Shown: positions 39,621 to 49,961, counted from the first letter of the stretch. The stretch: 64,000 bases of DNA from Candidatus Cloacimonadales bacterium (GCA_963662275.1 OY759316.1:3200001-3264000); one strand, 5' to 3'. Notes: generated by a model from the sequence alone, not told the origin. A program made the numbers and translations.

Positions 39621-41261
39621 TTACTCCGAATAAACTAATTTCGAAGTATATATCTTGTTATCGTTCCCTGTAATTTTTAATAAATATATGCCGTGGCTTA
39701 GATGCAGGTCTTTGTTCCCTTTAACGTCCCAAATATATGAATCTGATCTGATGTTTTTTTGGTTAAAGACCCTCCTGCCCCTGAGATCAAAGATGCTTAT
39801 GTCGTAAATTGCCTGCGGTTGTTTATTCAGGAATTTGACATTTACTTTATCATGAAATGGATTGGGATAGCATACAATTGATTTACTTGGTATAGGCTGA
39901 ATTTCATCTTCATTTCCCACAGAATGTTCCGAAAGAATGGTAGCGAAATTCACATATCCTTGAATCATATTGTCTTGTGAGAAGACGAAAAACTCTGGAA
40001 AACCATCATGGTTCATATCTCCTAAATAATAACCATAGCCGTAACCATTATTAATGTGGTCTCCAGCATTTACGAAATCATAGTTCAAATCAAAGATCGA
40101 ACTATTTTGAGCAAATAATGTCAAGTAACCCATTTCAGGTCCATCTGGCGTTAGTTGAGATTGCTGCATACAAAAATCAGAAAACTGATCATTATTCAAG
40201 TTGCAGTAATATTCTAATTGTCTTCCAATACGAGACGGAAAATTGTAATCATCTATTGTGAGTGCATTGAAATCATTGCCTCCATAAATAACCTTCAAAG
40301 TTGCTTCAGTCGCCGTATTATACAATATAACAATATCATCAAAGCCATCATCATTCAAATCCCCATTTGCCAATATTTTTCCCGTGACTTGTGAATAAAT
40401 TGTCTCATCGATAAAAATTGTCTCGTAGGCAGAAGAAGAAATTATGTTTGTTCCACCCGCATAGATATCCAAGACATCATTATAATCAGTTCCACTTTCA
40501 TTCAACACCTTCCTGGTCAGAACTATATCATCATAACCGTCACCATTGATGTCACCTGTGGCTAACCCCCTTCCCAAATTTTCTTCATCTGCTGTTCCCA
40601 GCTTATACCAGGCACAGTTGGCACTGAACTGCTGACCTCCTAAAAAGACATAAACACCACCGGTATGTATGCCTGATGGTCCGGAACCGCTCACTATTAA
40701 ATCATCATAGCCATCTCCATTCAGGTCACATCCTGTAATAATTTGATCACCAAAAGACAAACCCCAACTATCTCAGGGATAATCTTCACCGTATAAAACA
40801 ATATCAGGTTGTTCTGAGATAATATTTCCACCAAAATATATTGAAACTGCTCCACTATGATCCGGTCCATAAGCCACAGAACTTACTGCCAGGTCATCAA
40901 TGCCGTCTCCATTTAAATCACCGGAATATGAAAAACTAGCTCCGAACAGACCCATAACCATAGAGGGAGCCGTCAGTATCTGATCCGGTATAGATATATT
41001 TGTTGGAATTGTGTGATATATAAATATCTTGCGATCATATGAATTACTCTGATCATCATTGGAACATGCAAAAAGCAAATCAGGCGTTCCGTCTCCATTG
41101 ATATCGCCGTTAGCTTCCACATTCGGCATAAAGTCATGCCCCCAGGGACAATCAAAACGGATAATTTCCTGCAAGGCTGTTTGAGCAAATAAAAGTAGTG
41201 GGCAAACTGTGATAAGAAATGACAAATTCAATATTCTATAAAAAAATGTATGCTGTTTCAT
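39621..41261 (-). pseudogene. FG-GAP protein copy B, interrupted by one in-frame TGA at 40773-40775
   Basis: ORFs 40773..41261 and 39621..40760 share a frame and read DYP*DSWGL, where the paralogues read DYPGD(S/T)W. Confidence 0.85.
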
Positions 41262-41279
41262 GGTTCCTCCTTGTAGAAA

Positions 41280-42911
41280 TTACTCCGAATAAACTAATTT
41301 CGAAGTATATATCTTGTTATCGTTCCCTGTAATTTTTAATAAATATATGCCGTGGCTTAGATGCAGGTCTTTGTTTCCTTTAACGTCCCAAATATATGAA
41401 TCTGATTTGATGTTTTTTTGGTTAAAGACCCTCCTGCCCCTGATATCAAAGACACCTATATCGTAACTCGTATACTGTTGTTTATTCATAATTTTAATAT
41501 TCACTTGATCACGAAATGGATTGGGAAAACATCGAATTGGAGAGGCGGGTATAGGCTGAATTTCATCACTATTTCCTACATAACTTTCTGTTAGTATTGT
41601 CGCATAATTGATGTAATCTGAATCAAAAGAACCTTCCCTGGAAATAACGAAAAATTCAGGATGACCATCCAGGTTCATATCACCGAGATAATATCCAAAT
41701 CCGTATTGATTATGTGCATGTGTTCCACAATTCATGAAATCATAATTCAAGTCCAATGTATTGCTATTTTGGGTAAATACGGTAAAGTAACCTATTTCAG
41801 GAGACCCTAGCGCTAAGGCATCCTGTTGTGCACAGAAATCTGTAAACAAATCATTATTCAGATTGCAATAATACTGCATTGATAAACCAATACGAAGAGG
41901 TAGTGGATAATCTTGGACAGACAGTGAACTAAAATCACTACCCCCATATATAACTTTCACGATTGCATCTGTTAAAGTATAATACATGAATAAGATATCA
42001 TCGAAACCATCACCATTCAAGTCACCATTTGCCAGAATATTGCCAGATATTCCAGAACTATGATCATTAACCAATATTTTCTCATATACTGGAGATGAAC
42101 TTAGTGTATGTCCCCCGGCATAGATATCTATGATTTCATTTGGATATGTTTGCTCTTGGCTCTGAACTTTCCTGGTCAGGACTATATCATCAAAACCATC
42201 ACCGTTGATATCTCCAGTAGCTAGTCCTTGACCTAAATACTCATATAGGGATGTGCCTGCCAAGTATAAGGCGCAGTTTGTACTGAACTGCTGCCCGCCT
42301 AGGAATACATAAACACTGCCGGTATGTATTCCTGAAGGTCCTGAACCATAAACTACGAGATCGTTGATTCCATCTCCATTGAGATCACAGTCCGTGAGCA
42401 AATTTGAACCAAAAAAAAGAGCCCATGTATCCCCAGGGTAGTCTTCCCCGTAAAGCATAACATCCGGCTGTTCTGAAATAGTATTTCCTCCATAATAAAT
42501 GGATACTGCTCCAGATTGAACTTCACCATAATCAACACTACTAACCACCAGGTCATCAATGCTGTCACCATTTAAATCACCGCCATAGGCAAGACTACCT
42601 CCAAATCCCCCATGATTCTGCTGGATGGCTGTTAGTATTTGGTCAGGTATCATATTACTATTTGGGATCGAATAATAAATATAAATTCTCCCATTCTCCG
42701 GATGGATATCATTTGGGTTGAAACAAGTGAAGATTAGATCAGGGCACCCATCACCATTGATATCTCCATTCCCCTGAACTATATGGGAGAAACAATTCCC
42801 CCAGGGACAATTGAAACGCACAATTTCCTGTAATGCTGCCTGAGCATTCAGAACGGTTGATGTGAGTAAAACCAGAAAAGACAATAATGCAATTTGTTTA
42901 AGTGATTTCAT
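41280..42911 (-). CDS. Secreted FG-GAP repeat protein with sorting tail (copy C)
   Basis: Collinear with copy A. Signal peptide begins MKSLKQ at 42911 after GGGAG. Confidence 0.88.
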   Translation of the reverse strand: MKSLKQIALLSFLVLLTSTVLNAQAALQEIVRFNCPWGNCFSHIVQGNGDINGDGCPDLIFTCFNPNDIHPENGRIYIYYSIPNSNMIPDQILTAIQQNHGGFGGSLAYGGDLNGDSIDDLVVSSVDYGEVQSGAVSIYYGGNTISEQPDVMLYGEDYPGDTWALFFGSNLLTDCDLNGDGINDLVVYGSGPSGIHTGSVYVFLGGQQFSTNCALYLAGTSLYEYLGQGLATGDINGDGFDDIVLTRKVQSQEQTYPNEIIDIYAGGHTLSSSPVYEKILVNDHSSGISGNILANGDLNGDGFDDILFMYYTLTDAIVKVIYGGSDFSSLSVQDYPLPLRIGLSMQYYCNLNNDLFTDFCAQQDALALGSPEIGYFTVFTQNSNTLDLNYDFMNCGTHAHNQYGFGYYLGDMNLDGHPEFFVISREGSFDSDYINYATILTESYVGNSDEIQPIPASPIRCFPNPFRDQVNIKIMNKQQYTSYDIGVFDIRGRRVFNQKNIKSDSYIWDVKGNKDLHLSHGIYLLKITGNDNKIYTSKLVYSE

Positions 42912-43253
42912 GGGTAACTCCCGGATTGTAGGAAGCAGACAGCATAATTTGGTGTATTTTATAACTGGGAGCATATCTGTAATTGATTCGATATCTAAAC
43001 AGATGTTTCGTCTTACAACAAAGCGATCTCTGTGTAATGAACATCTTCGCCTCCCAGTCTCGATTTCTAATTGTAGCCCAATCAAGTTTAGCTTCTATTA
43101 TGTATACTATTCGTATTATATATTTTCGTCAAGTTAATTATTTACCTGGCTGCTGTGTTTTCAAAGTATCTGACAGAGTGATATAAATTCCTGTAACTTT
43201 TCATCCCCAACGCTTTCAAGTAAGTTCAATAGATATATAGAATTGCCCTTAAT

Positions 43254-43391
43254 TACTACCTGTTTCAATCCTGTTTCATACCAGTTTCATTCCTGTTTCA
43301 TACCAGTTTCATTCCTGTTTCATTCCTGTTTCGTAAAACAGGAATGAGATTAGTATGGAATTAGTATGAGATTGGATTTAGATTGGTAGTA
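43254..43391. repeat. 11-bp-period inverted array forming a long imperfect hairpin
   Basis: CC(T/A)GTTTCA(A/T)(T/A) x7, then five degenerate inverted units; closed by TACTACC/GGTAGTA. Confidence 0.88.
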
Positions 43392-43456
43392 TCTTATCGT
43401 TATCCTTGGGGAATGGGTAGGAATAGATAAGTATTTATATTGTATTTATATGTTCA

Positions 43457-44317
43457 TCAGGTAGTCTCACCCGTTTTGGGGAGGGCTTTCGAAATAGGAA
43501 TAAGGTCGTAACCCAAGTCTTTGACTTGCTGAATAAAGGATTGTATTTGCTCAAGCTTCCTGGCATTATGACAATGACCTATCACGATTACAGTACCGGT
43601 TGCTGCACCAATCTTCTCTAAATCCTTGATCTTGGCTATTGTGTTTTCCGGTGAAGTATCGGGTACATCCAGGAATATCCTGCGTCTGGCAGTAGGAATA
43701 CCTACTTGATTTGCTGCCTTTGCCACCATAGATTCGGAAGTTGTTGCGCTATCGATGAAGAACATGTTATGTTTCTTCAGCACTTGCAGGACTGCAATCA
43801 TATTTGCAAGATTTCCGGTAATAGCACTGCCTTCATGATTATTTGCCCCAATGCAATATGGCAGTTCATCGATATAATCTTCCACTCTCTGTGAAATTTG
43901 ATCGCCTGTCATGGACATCAGGATAGCATTGGAACCTGGATTGTTTTCTTTGAAATTAATGGGTTGCATCGGTATATGAATAATCGTCTCATGACCGGAG
44001 GCAACCGCTTTTTTCATTGCGGTTTTCGAATATGCAAGCCCAGGCATAATCGCAAAGGAGACTTTCGAATCAAGCTCACAGAATGCTTGGAGTAAATCTC
44101 CCCCATTAGCGCCGAAATCATCGATAATTAAAGCAACTTTAATGTTCCCTGAATTTTCCTGGGGTGTTTCCTGTTTTATTTTTGGTTTTTTATGTTCAGT
44201 TTGTTTCTTTTCGACTTTTGGCATTTCAGAAATCTCAGTTTTCTGTTTACATGAATTAAGTGTCATTGCTGCAATCATGATCATAGCCAGGATGATCGTT
44301 ACATAAAATAGTTTCAC
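43457..44317 (-). CDS. Divergent polysaccharide deacetylase family lipoprotein (YibQ-like)
   Basis: IIDDFG, HIPMQP, GANNHEGS, FFIDSAT, FLD, IGH. Lipobox LNSC. GTG start follows GGAGGAG. Confidence 0.88.
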   Translation of the reverse strand: MKLFYVTIILAMIMIAAMTLNSCKQKTEISEMPKVEKKQTEHKKPKIKQETPQENSGNIKVALIIDDFGANGGDLLQAFCELDSKVSFAIMPGLAYSKTAMKKAVASGHETIIHIPMQPINFKENNPGSNAILMSMTGDQISQRVEDYIDELPYCIGANNHEGSAITGNLANMIAVLQVLKKHNMFFIDSATTSESMVAKAANQVGIPTARRRIFLDVPDTSPENTIAKIKDLEKIGAATGTVIVIGHCHNARKLEQIQSFIQQVKDLGYDLIPISKALPKTGETT

Positions 44318-44321
44318 AGTA

Positions 44322-44834
44322 TTACTCCTCCGTTGACCTTTGAAATTGTATTTTCGCGCCTGCTTCAATATTAAATTTCTTACAATAACCTGCATTCACT
44401 TCCACCACATATAGAGCTGGTTTTTCGGAAGAAATCTGAGCTTCACTAAAAGGAACTGCATCATAAGCAATATGCACGATCTGTAAATCTTCATCAACAA
44501 AGATCATATCAAGAGGAAGAATCGTGTCCTTCATCCAGAAATTTTCAACTTTCTGATAATCGAAAATGAACAGCATTCCCTGGTTCTCTTCCATCGTAGC
44601 TCTAGCCATTAACCCCTTTTCCCTGGTATATTCTGTAGCTGCAATTTCAATATCCAGCTTAGAAATAACCTTGTTTTCCTGAGACAGAAATGACAGTTCA
44701 CCTTGTTTTTGAAAGATGATTTTCTCATTATCTGAATCTGTTTCAATAGGGGGCTTTTTTATAAATTGAAAATAGCCGAAAGCCATTACGCTTAATAATA
44801 GTAAGAAGATAATGATTCTAACTCTCTTCTTCAT
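44322..44834 (-). CDS. DUF192 family protein
   Basis: EIA...REKGLM.R, GMLFIF, FWMKDT.LPLDMIF, YVVEVNAG. Confidence 0.9.
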   Translation of the reverse strand: MKKRVRIIIFLLLLSVMAFGYFQFIKKPPIETDSDNEKIIFQKQGELSFLSQENKVISKLDIEIAATEYTREKGLMARATMEENQGMLFIFDYQKVENFWMKDTILPLDMIFVDEDLQIVHIAYDAVPFSEAQISSEKPALYVVEVNAGYCKKFNIEAGAKIQFQRSTEE

Positions 44835-44870
44835 GCCTCGTTTTGTGTCCTTATTCTTAGGAATTTTCAT

Positions 44871-47789
44871 TTATTTAATTAATAGCATTTTTCGGTTAAA
44901 GTGCTGGTCTTCTGTCTCTAATCGACAAAAATACATACCACTCGCTACTGGACTACCATTATCGTCTGTTCCATTCCAAGTAAGATGATAAGTGCCTGCC
45001 TCTTGTTTACTATTCACAAGAGTCCTTACTTTTTCTCCCCGTATATTATAGATAACCAGCTTTATCTGTCCCTGTTTGGAAAGATCAAAACTGATATTGG
45101 TTCCAGGATTGAAAGGATTCGGGTAATTCTGGTTAAGATAAGATACTGTAGGTACGGCAATAGGATCGGTAACGGGTAAACTATCAACAACTAATGTCCT
45201 GGGTGTCTCATTCACAATCAGATTCGCTGTGAAAGGATTCTGAGCATTGATCAAAGGAATTGTCGTTGTAAATACGTCTACAGAACCCTGCACCATTTGA
45301 GTTGATGCATATCCAAGCATCAAGCTGTTACTTTGAATATTTGATGAGGTTAGCAGATCAATGAAGTTTAGTGAATTGTTTAATCTAAAATTACTATCCA
45401 TTACTGTTGGTAATAGGGTCGCATTAAGAGCAAATAAATACTCAAAATGGAGTACATTCAGAAATAATTGTGATACAGAATTCGAAATACTGATAACAGG
45501 ATCTGAGTAAGTGATCGCTGTTCCTGATTGAACTGGCATTTGTGAGAGATCACCTTTCAAGTAGCGTAAAATTAAGGAAGCATCCATTGCAAGCACATTT
45601 CCATCATTATTTGTATCTGCCCTGTCAAGGCGATTATCTGTCCAAGGGCGAGGATCAATGGATGGCAAGGGATCCAGTCCGACAGAATAATCAAGTACTG
45701 CCTGTGCATCAGCTTTGGTAATTATACCGTCATTATCTACATCTCCCCATGTAATCAAATTCAACTGGTTTCCATTGACCACGATATCATCAATGTGAAT
45801 ACCATCAAAAATATGTCCTGCAGCATCTGTTGTCATGCGGAATCTGAGGTAACAGTGACGTCCTATAAAGTCAGCAAGAGAATAGGATACCATCATCCAA
45901 TCATGATTACCGTCGTATGTAGCCAGGGGAATCCATGTCGTTCCATTACTGGAAACCTCGAAATATCCATAATCGTGAGAGGATTCTAAATCATATTTTA
46001 CACGGAAAGAGATTGTAGGATTCACTATGTTCAGTAAGCTGATCGGTTGAATGAGATAGGCAAAGACTTCCTGGCTATCTACATAATTTTCACCAGGTGA
46101 GTCTGTCAGGTCATGATTTGAGTCTGTCTCCTGTATTCCCCAAGTACCTGTAACCTGCCATAAACTGAGTCCATTCTCAAAATGTTCCTCGAAAATGGCT
46201 GGCTGTAAAACAATGATAGTCGGATATTGATTTCCCACATTCCAAGCATACTGCATATTGAACCTAGTCATACCATTCAATGTGACGGTTAATGTATATA
46301 ACCCTAATGGAAGGTTTTGAAATACAAAATACCCATCAGTATCTGTTTGAACTGAAGGTATTCGGGTCGTGCTCAATTCGACAGTTGCTCCCGGTATTGC
46401 CAAGCCATTCATATCTTTCACATAACCAACGAAGTCAGCCTCTACGATGGTTTGAAGTCTAAAATCTATGGTTGTCCCATTATTTGCACTGACAACAACA
46501 TTGTTTATCGTTTCGGAGACATATCCTGGGGCAGAAGCAGTGATGTTGTATGTACCGGGTAAGAGTATTCTATGATAATCACCAACGTCCGAATCTGTTG
46601 ATATATCCTTATCAATTCCTTCGATATGAAGTGTAGCTGCCAAAGGATGAAACAAGGCATCTGTCACTTCTCCCTTAATTCCCTGTTGGGCATATTCAAT
46701 GTAAGAGAGTAGTGATTCCTGGTTTTGCATCCAGTAAGTTGGTAAGGTGGAAGCATTAGGCCAGTAATCATAACTGACTTCACATGTAATATCCAGGCAA
46801 TTGTAATAATAATAGATCCAATCAATGATGCTGCCATAAACCTGATACCAGGCATATCCGTTTGTAATGCCATGCAAATAATCGGTACTATTCCACATTG
46901 GATCATTATGACTGGTGTATTCTTCCGAAATATTAATATATAGGTCATTATCAGGCGCCAGTTCAGCAATCTTATCCCACGGATAATTCATCACCAAATT
47001 ACCACAATGGTAATTCAAAGCCAGGTTAATAGTATGCTGAGCAGCAAAGTTCATTTGAGCTGCAATTTCCGGTTCCCTACCTTCTGTAGTATTGACAGGA
47101 TCATCAACAAAATCAGGGAAATGCCGATTCAAATCTACATTATGAGCATTTTCACGCTGCATGAGAACATAACCATCCGGATTAAATAAAGGATTGATCC
47201 ATAATTCTGTGTTATTTACAATATTAGCAATTCTGGTATCAGCGGTATATCGAGTTGTCAGTAACTGGATCAATCGAATCAATAGATCATAGCCAACAAC
47301 TTCATTTCCATGCATCGCTGCATCCAATTTTACTTCCGGTTCATTTTCCTCTAAACTGACATTATCCGATATCTTCAACATATAAATAGGTCTATTTTGA
47401 ACCGTTGTGCCAATGGTAACAAGTTGGCAGATACTTGAGTATTGAGTCGCTGTGGACTGCAAGAATGCAACAAATTCATCATAGGAATAATAAGCATTCA
47501 TGGGATCACGAGTATCTTTTGTTTCCGCCCACAGTTGTTCTGCATAAGCTTTCGCCAGGTTGGGTAATTCAACGATTTCAAATCCTCTTTGTTGAAGAAC
47601 TTGAAACTGTTCTCTCGTTACCCAGGTTTGGATCACTTGATTCGATACGCTTTCAATGCTGATATCCAAGCTATTTAAAGTCTTAACATCGTCTTGAATA
47701 TTAGAACTGGTTATATTTGCAGGAAAAGTTGATGCATATAGAATGAAAGAAATATGAATAAATACAAATAAGAGAATGAGTTGTTTCAT
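44871..47789 (-). CDS. Secreted M14 zinc carboxypeptidase with CarboxypepD-reg domains, dockerin-like module and FlgD-Ig/T9SS tail
   Basis: MHGNE, NPDG, DLNRHF, NYH, CEVS; paired DVDNDG and DTNNDG loops; NYPNPFNP tail. Confidence 0.9.
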   Translation of the reverse strand: MKQLILLFVFIHISFILYASTFPANITSSNIQDDVKTLNSLDISIESVSNQVIQTWVTREQFQVLQQRGFEIVELPNLAKAYAEQLWAETKDTRDPMNAYYSYDEFVAFLQSTATQYSSICQLVTIGTTVQNRPIYMLKISDNVSLEENEPEVKLDAAMHGNEVVGYDLLIRLIQLLTTRYTADTRIANIVNNTELWINPLFNPDGYVLMQRENAHNVDLNRHFPDFVDDPVNTTEGREPEIAAQMNFAAQHTINLALNYHCGNLVMNYPWDKIAELAPDNDLYINISEEYTSHNDPMWNSTDYLHGITNGYAWYQVYGSIIDWIYYYYNCLDITCEVSYDYWPNASTLPTYWMQNQESLLSYIEYAQQGIKGEVTDALFHPLAATLHIEGIDKDISTDSDVGDYHRILLPGTYNITASAPGYVSETINNVVVSANNGTTIDFRLQTIVEADFVGYVKDMNGLAIPGATVELSTTRIPSVQTDTDGYFVFQNLPLGLYTLTVTLNGMTRFNMQYAWNVGNQYPTIIVLQPAIFEEHFENGLSLWQVTGTWGIQETDSNHDLTDSPGENYVDSQEVFAYLIQPISLLNIVNPTISFRVKYDLESSHDYGYFEVSSNGTTWIPLATYDGNHDWMMVSYSLADFIGRHCYLRFRMTTDAAGHIFDGIHIDDIVVNGNQLNLITWGDVDNDGIITKADAQAVLDYSVGLDPLPSIDPRPWTDNRLDRADTNNDGNVLAMDASLILRYLKGDLSQMPVQSGTAITYSDPVISISNSVSQLFLNVLHFEYLFALNATLLPTVMDSNFRLNNSLNFIDLLTSSNIQSNSLMLGYASTQMVQGSVDVFTTTIPLINAQNPFTANLIVNETPRTLVVDSLPVTDPIAVPTVSYLNQNYPNPFNPGTNISFDLSKQGQIKLVIYNIRGEKVRTLVNSKQEAGTYHLTWNGTDDNGSPVASGMYFCRLETEDQHFNRKMLLIK

Positions 47790-47852
47790 CTGGAACATCC
47801 TTGAATCTTTTGCTTCATATTTAGAAATGGGAGGAAATGGCAAGAAAAAAAA

Positions 47853-47950
47853 GAGCCAAGTGACCAACTGCACATGATAAACACCTCTTAATGCTGCTTT
47901 CTTCCGAATCTGACATGGTTCGTGGGCTGCCATTGCGTTGGGCTTGGCTC
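47853..47950 (-). ncRNA. ffs: Small SRP RNA (4.5S)
   Basis: Minus strand GAGCCAAG...GAACCATGTCAGATTCGGAAGAAAGCAGCAT...CTTGGCTC: GGAA tetraloop, AGCAG motif, paired ends, followed by a U-tract. Confidence 0.9.
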
Positions 47951-48029
47951 ATTTTGAGGAAAAATGGAGGGGTTCTTGTGTCAAGGAGAAAGTCATTTGA
48001 TCTTAAAATAGTCTGATGCTCCGTAGTAC

Positions 48030-48222
48030 TTATCCACAAAACAGGGATTATCTTCAAGTTCCATATTTTATTGCATAACAATGAGATATGGCTATTTCTT
48101 TAAATTATTCACAAGTTATACACATGTTATACACATGGGATTAGACATTGCTAACTGTCGGTTTATTTAACAATTACAAGCTTTGCCCTGAGGTTTACTC
48201 CATCTCCTGTAATTGTGGATAA
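48030..48222. promoter_or_regulatory. DnaA-box cluster
   Basis: TTATCCACA 48030, TTATTCACA 48105, TTATACACA 48116 and 48127, TGTGGATAA 48214. Confidence 0.7.
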
Positions 48223-49896
48223 GTATATCCCGGATGATAGATTCTTCAGTTCTTGTAGAGATTGCATATGCAGGATGATTTCTCCATTACTATTCCTTTT
48301 GTAGGGAGAAAAATCATACTGATGAGAGAACATTCTTTTTCCTGTGATATCAAAGATGGAAAATAGATACTTAGGATTGATTAGCGGTACGCACAAGTGC
48401 AGCTTAGCTGTGTCCAGATCTTTTATAGGAGTAGGTGAAAAATACATTTGGATACCAGGTTGTTTAAAAGTGCATTCCAGAGTGTCAGGAAGGCTAACAT
48501 TGCCAGCTTCATCAATTGAATAGATAAAAACTGTCTCATTTTGGGTAATAGGTAAAACCACTGATGTCCCGTTAATATTATATACTGTTAGATCGAGATT
48601 ATTCTGTACATTTCTAATTCTAGCCTTATATACTAATAAATCAGGATCCGGAGCAGGAGACCAAGTCACATATAAAGAATTCATCTCTTGATAGGCACTG
48701 GTAATATGGGGTGATAAGGGTGGAACTATGTCAGGTGAATTATAACTGTTCAGAAAAGCAGACCAACTGGTCTCAGCAAAATCCAGGTAACCATAATGTT
48801 GCCACAAGCCACCAAACACATCAGGAGTAATGGGAAACCAGATCGTAGTATACCCAATAGAATTATCATTGTAATTATTGTATTGAACAGGATAAACTTC
48901 ATCAAACATGAATAGCACTTCCGAAGCATCATTCGTCAATCCAGGATCGATAGCACTATTCTTAATTTTATTCAGATATTCATGTAAGTCAATATCAGCA
49001 TCTAAATCATTGAAAGTAACACAACTATTCCTAATAGGTACCAAGAGATTTGCCTGGGTTTTCCACACATTAGAGAAGCTGTTGATTGCATCCCTAAGAG
49101 TATTGAAATTTGAACAATCCGCATAAGAACAGGAGGCTTTGGTCATATCATTGCTCTGATTCTGGCTCTGCCAGGGGTTATACGAATTCACATATAAACT
49201 CGGAATTAGAGCAGCTAGAGCGGATGGTGTGGTATTACCGTGTATCGAATTCAATATCTCAGTATATGGAAATCCATGAACTGGGACAAGATATTCTGAG
49301 CCAATCACATAATCACAATTCCGATATACTTCGTTCAAGACCTCGATGGATTGCATGCTGCAGGCATCAAATAATAGAATATCGACTTTCGGAATACTGG
49401 AAATTGCTGCTTTTAATTCTCCATTCCAAACTTCAATTGCGCTATGTGACGTGGCATCTGTACAAATCCATTTGGAATTATTCTCTTTATACCAGCTATT
49501 CCCATGTGACCATAAAACCAACATTTTATGTGTTGAAGAATACTTGTCGAAACCCCATTTGGCAAAATCTATTATATTATGATAATCTCCCGAATCGATC
49601 TCACCCAAATCCCTGACAACGGGCGATGAAATATGATTCAGCATGTCATCATGTCGAATCTTATATCTTCGAGCACCTGGTGTTTCACTGTTCACGGATT
49701 CATCGATTTGAACAACGACATTGACATTTGACCCGAAATCCGCTGCTTCCATTTCATTGATATCTTCTATTGCATTTACATTTAAACCATTATCGGCAGC
49801 CATATAGACGAGAATCGTCCAATCAGCAGCAGATAATTTCACTGCGCTGAGGAGGAGGATTACGAGTAGTAAAAACACTAGTCTTTTTATTTTCAA
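48163..49896 (-). CDS. Clostripain-family (C11) peptidase with a divergent sorting tail
   Basis: WTILVYMAADN, putative catalytic WSHG and FDAC, GSE; tail IFDITGK...LSSGIY. Confidence 0.9.
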   Translation of the reverse strand: MKIKRLVFLLLVILLLSAVKLSAADWTILVYMAADNGLNVNAIEDINEMEAADFGSNVNVVVQIDESVNSETPGARRYKIRHDDMLNHISSPVVRDLGEIDSGDYHNIIDFAKWGFDKYSSTHKMLVLWSHGNSWYKENNSKWICTDATSHSAIEVWNGELKAAISSIPKVDILLFDACSMQSIEVLNEVYRNCDYVIGSEYLVPVHGFPYTEILNSIHGNTTPSALAALIPSLYVNSYNPWQSQNQSNDMTKASCSYADCSNFNTLRDAINSFSNVWKTQANLLVPIRNSCVTFNDLDADIDLHEYLNKIKNSAIDPGLTNDASEVLFMFDEVYPVQYNNYNDNSIGYTTIWFPITPDVFGGLWQHYGYLDFAETSWSAFLNSYNSPDIVPPLSPHITSAYQEMNSLYVTWSPAPDPDLLVYKARIRNVQNNLDLTVYNINGTSVVLPITQNETVFIYSIDEAGNVSLPDTLECTFKQPGIQMYFSPTPIKDLDTAKLHLCVPLINPKYLFSIFDITGKRMFSHQYDFSPYKRNSNGEIILHMQSLQELKNLSSGIYLSTITGDGVNLRAKLVIVK

Positions 49897-49961
49897 TGCC
49901 TGATTTCCTCTTTGATCTCTCTCCCTTTAGTTTAAGGGAGATCTGGACGAGACACCGTATC

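Noticed and set aside
40773..40775. UGA=Gly recoding (code 25) or selenocysteine
   Set aside because: TGA ends intact genes in this window (tldD, ymdB, GT2, the FGE protein) and long ORFs lack internal TGAs. The aligned residue is Gly, not Cys.
42912..43085. N-terminal extensions given by the ORF track (also for tldD, pdxJ, the M14 peptidase, the deacetylase and acpS)
   Set aside because: Downstream starts have RBSs and signal peptides or family N-termini. The M14 extension overlaps the SRP RNA.
43254..43391. Integron attC sites for the 11-bp hairpin arrays
   Set aside because: There are no RYYYAAC/GTTRRRY ends and no integron integrase in the window.
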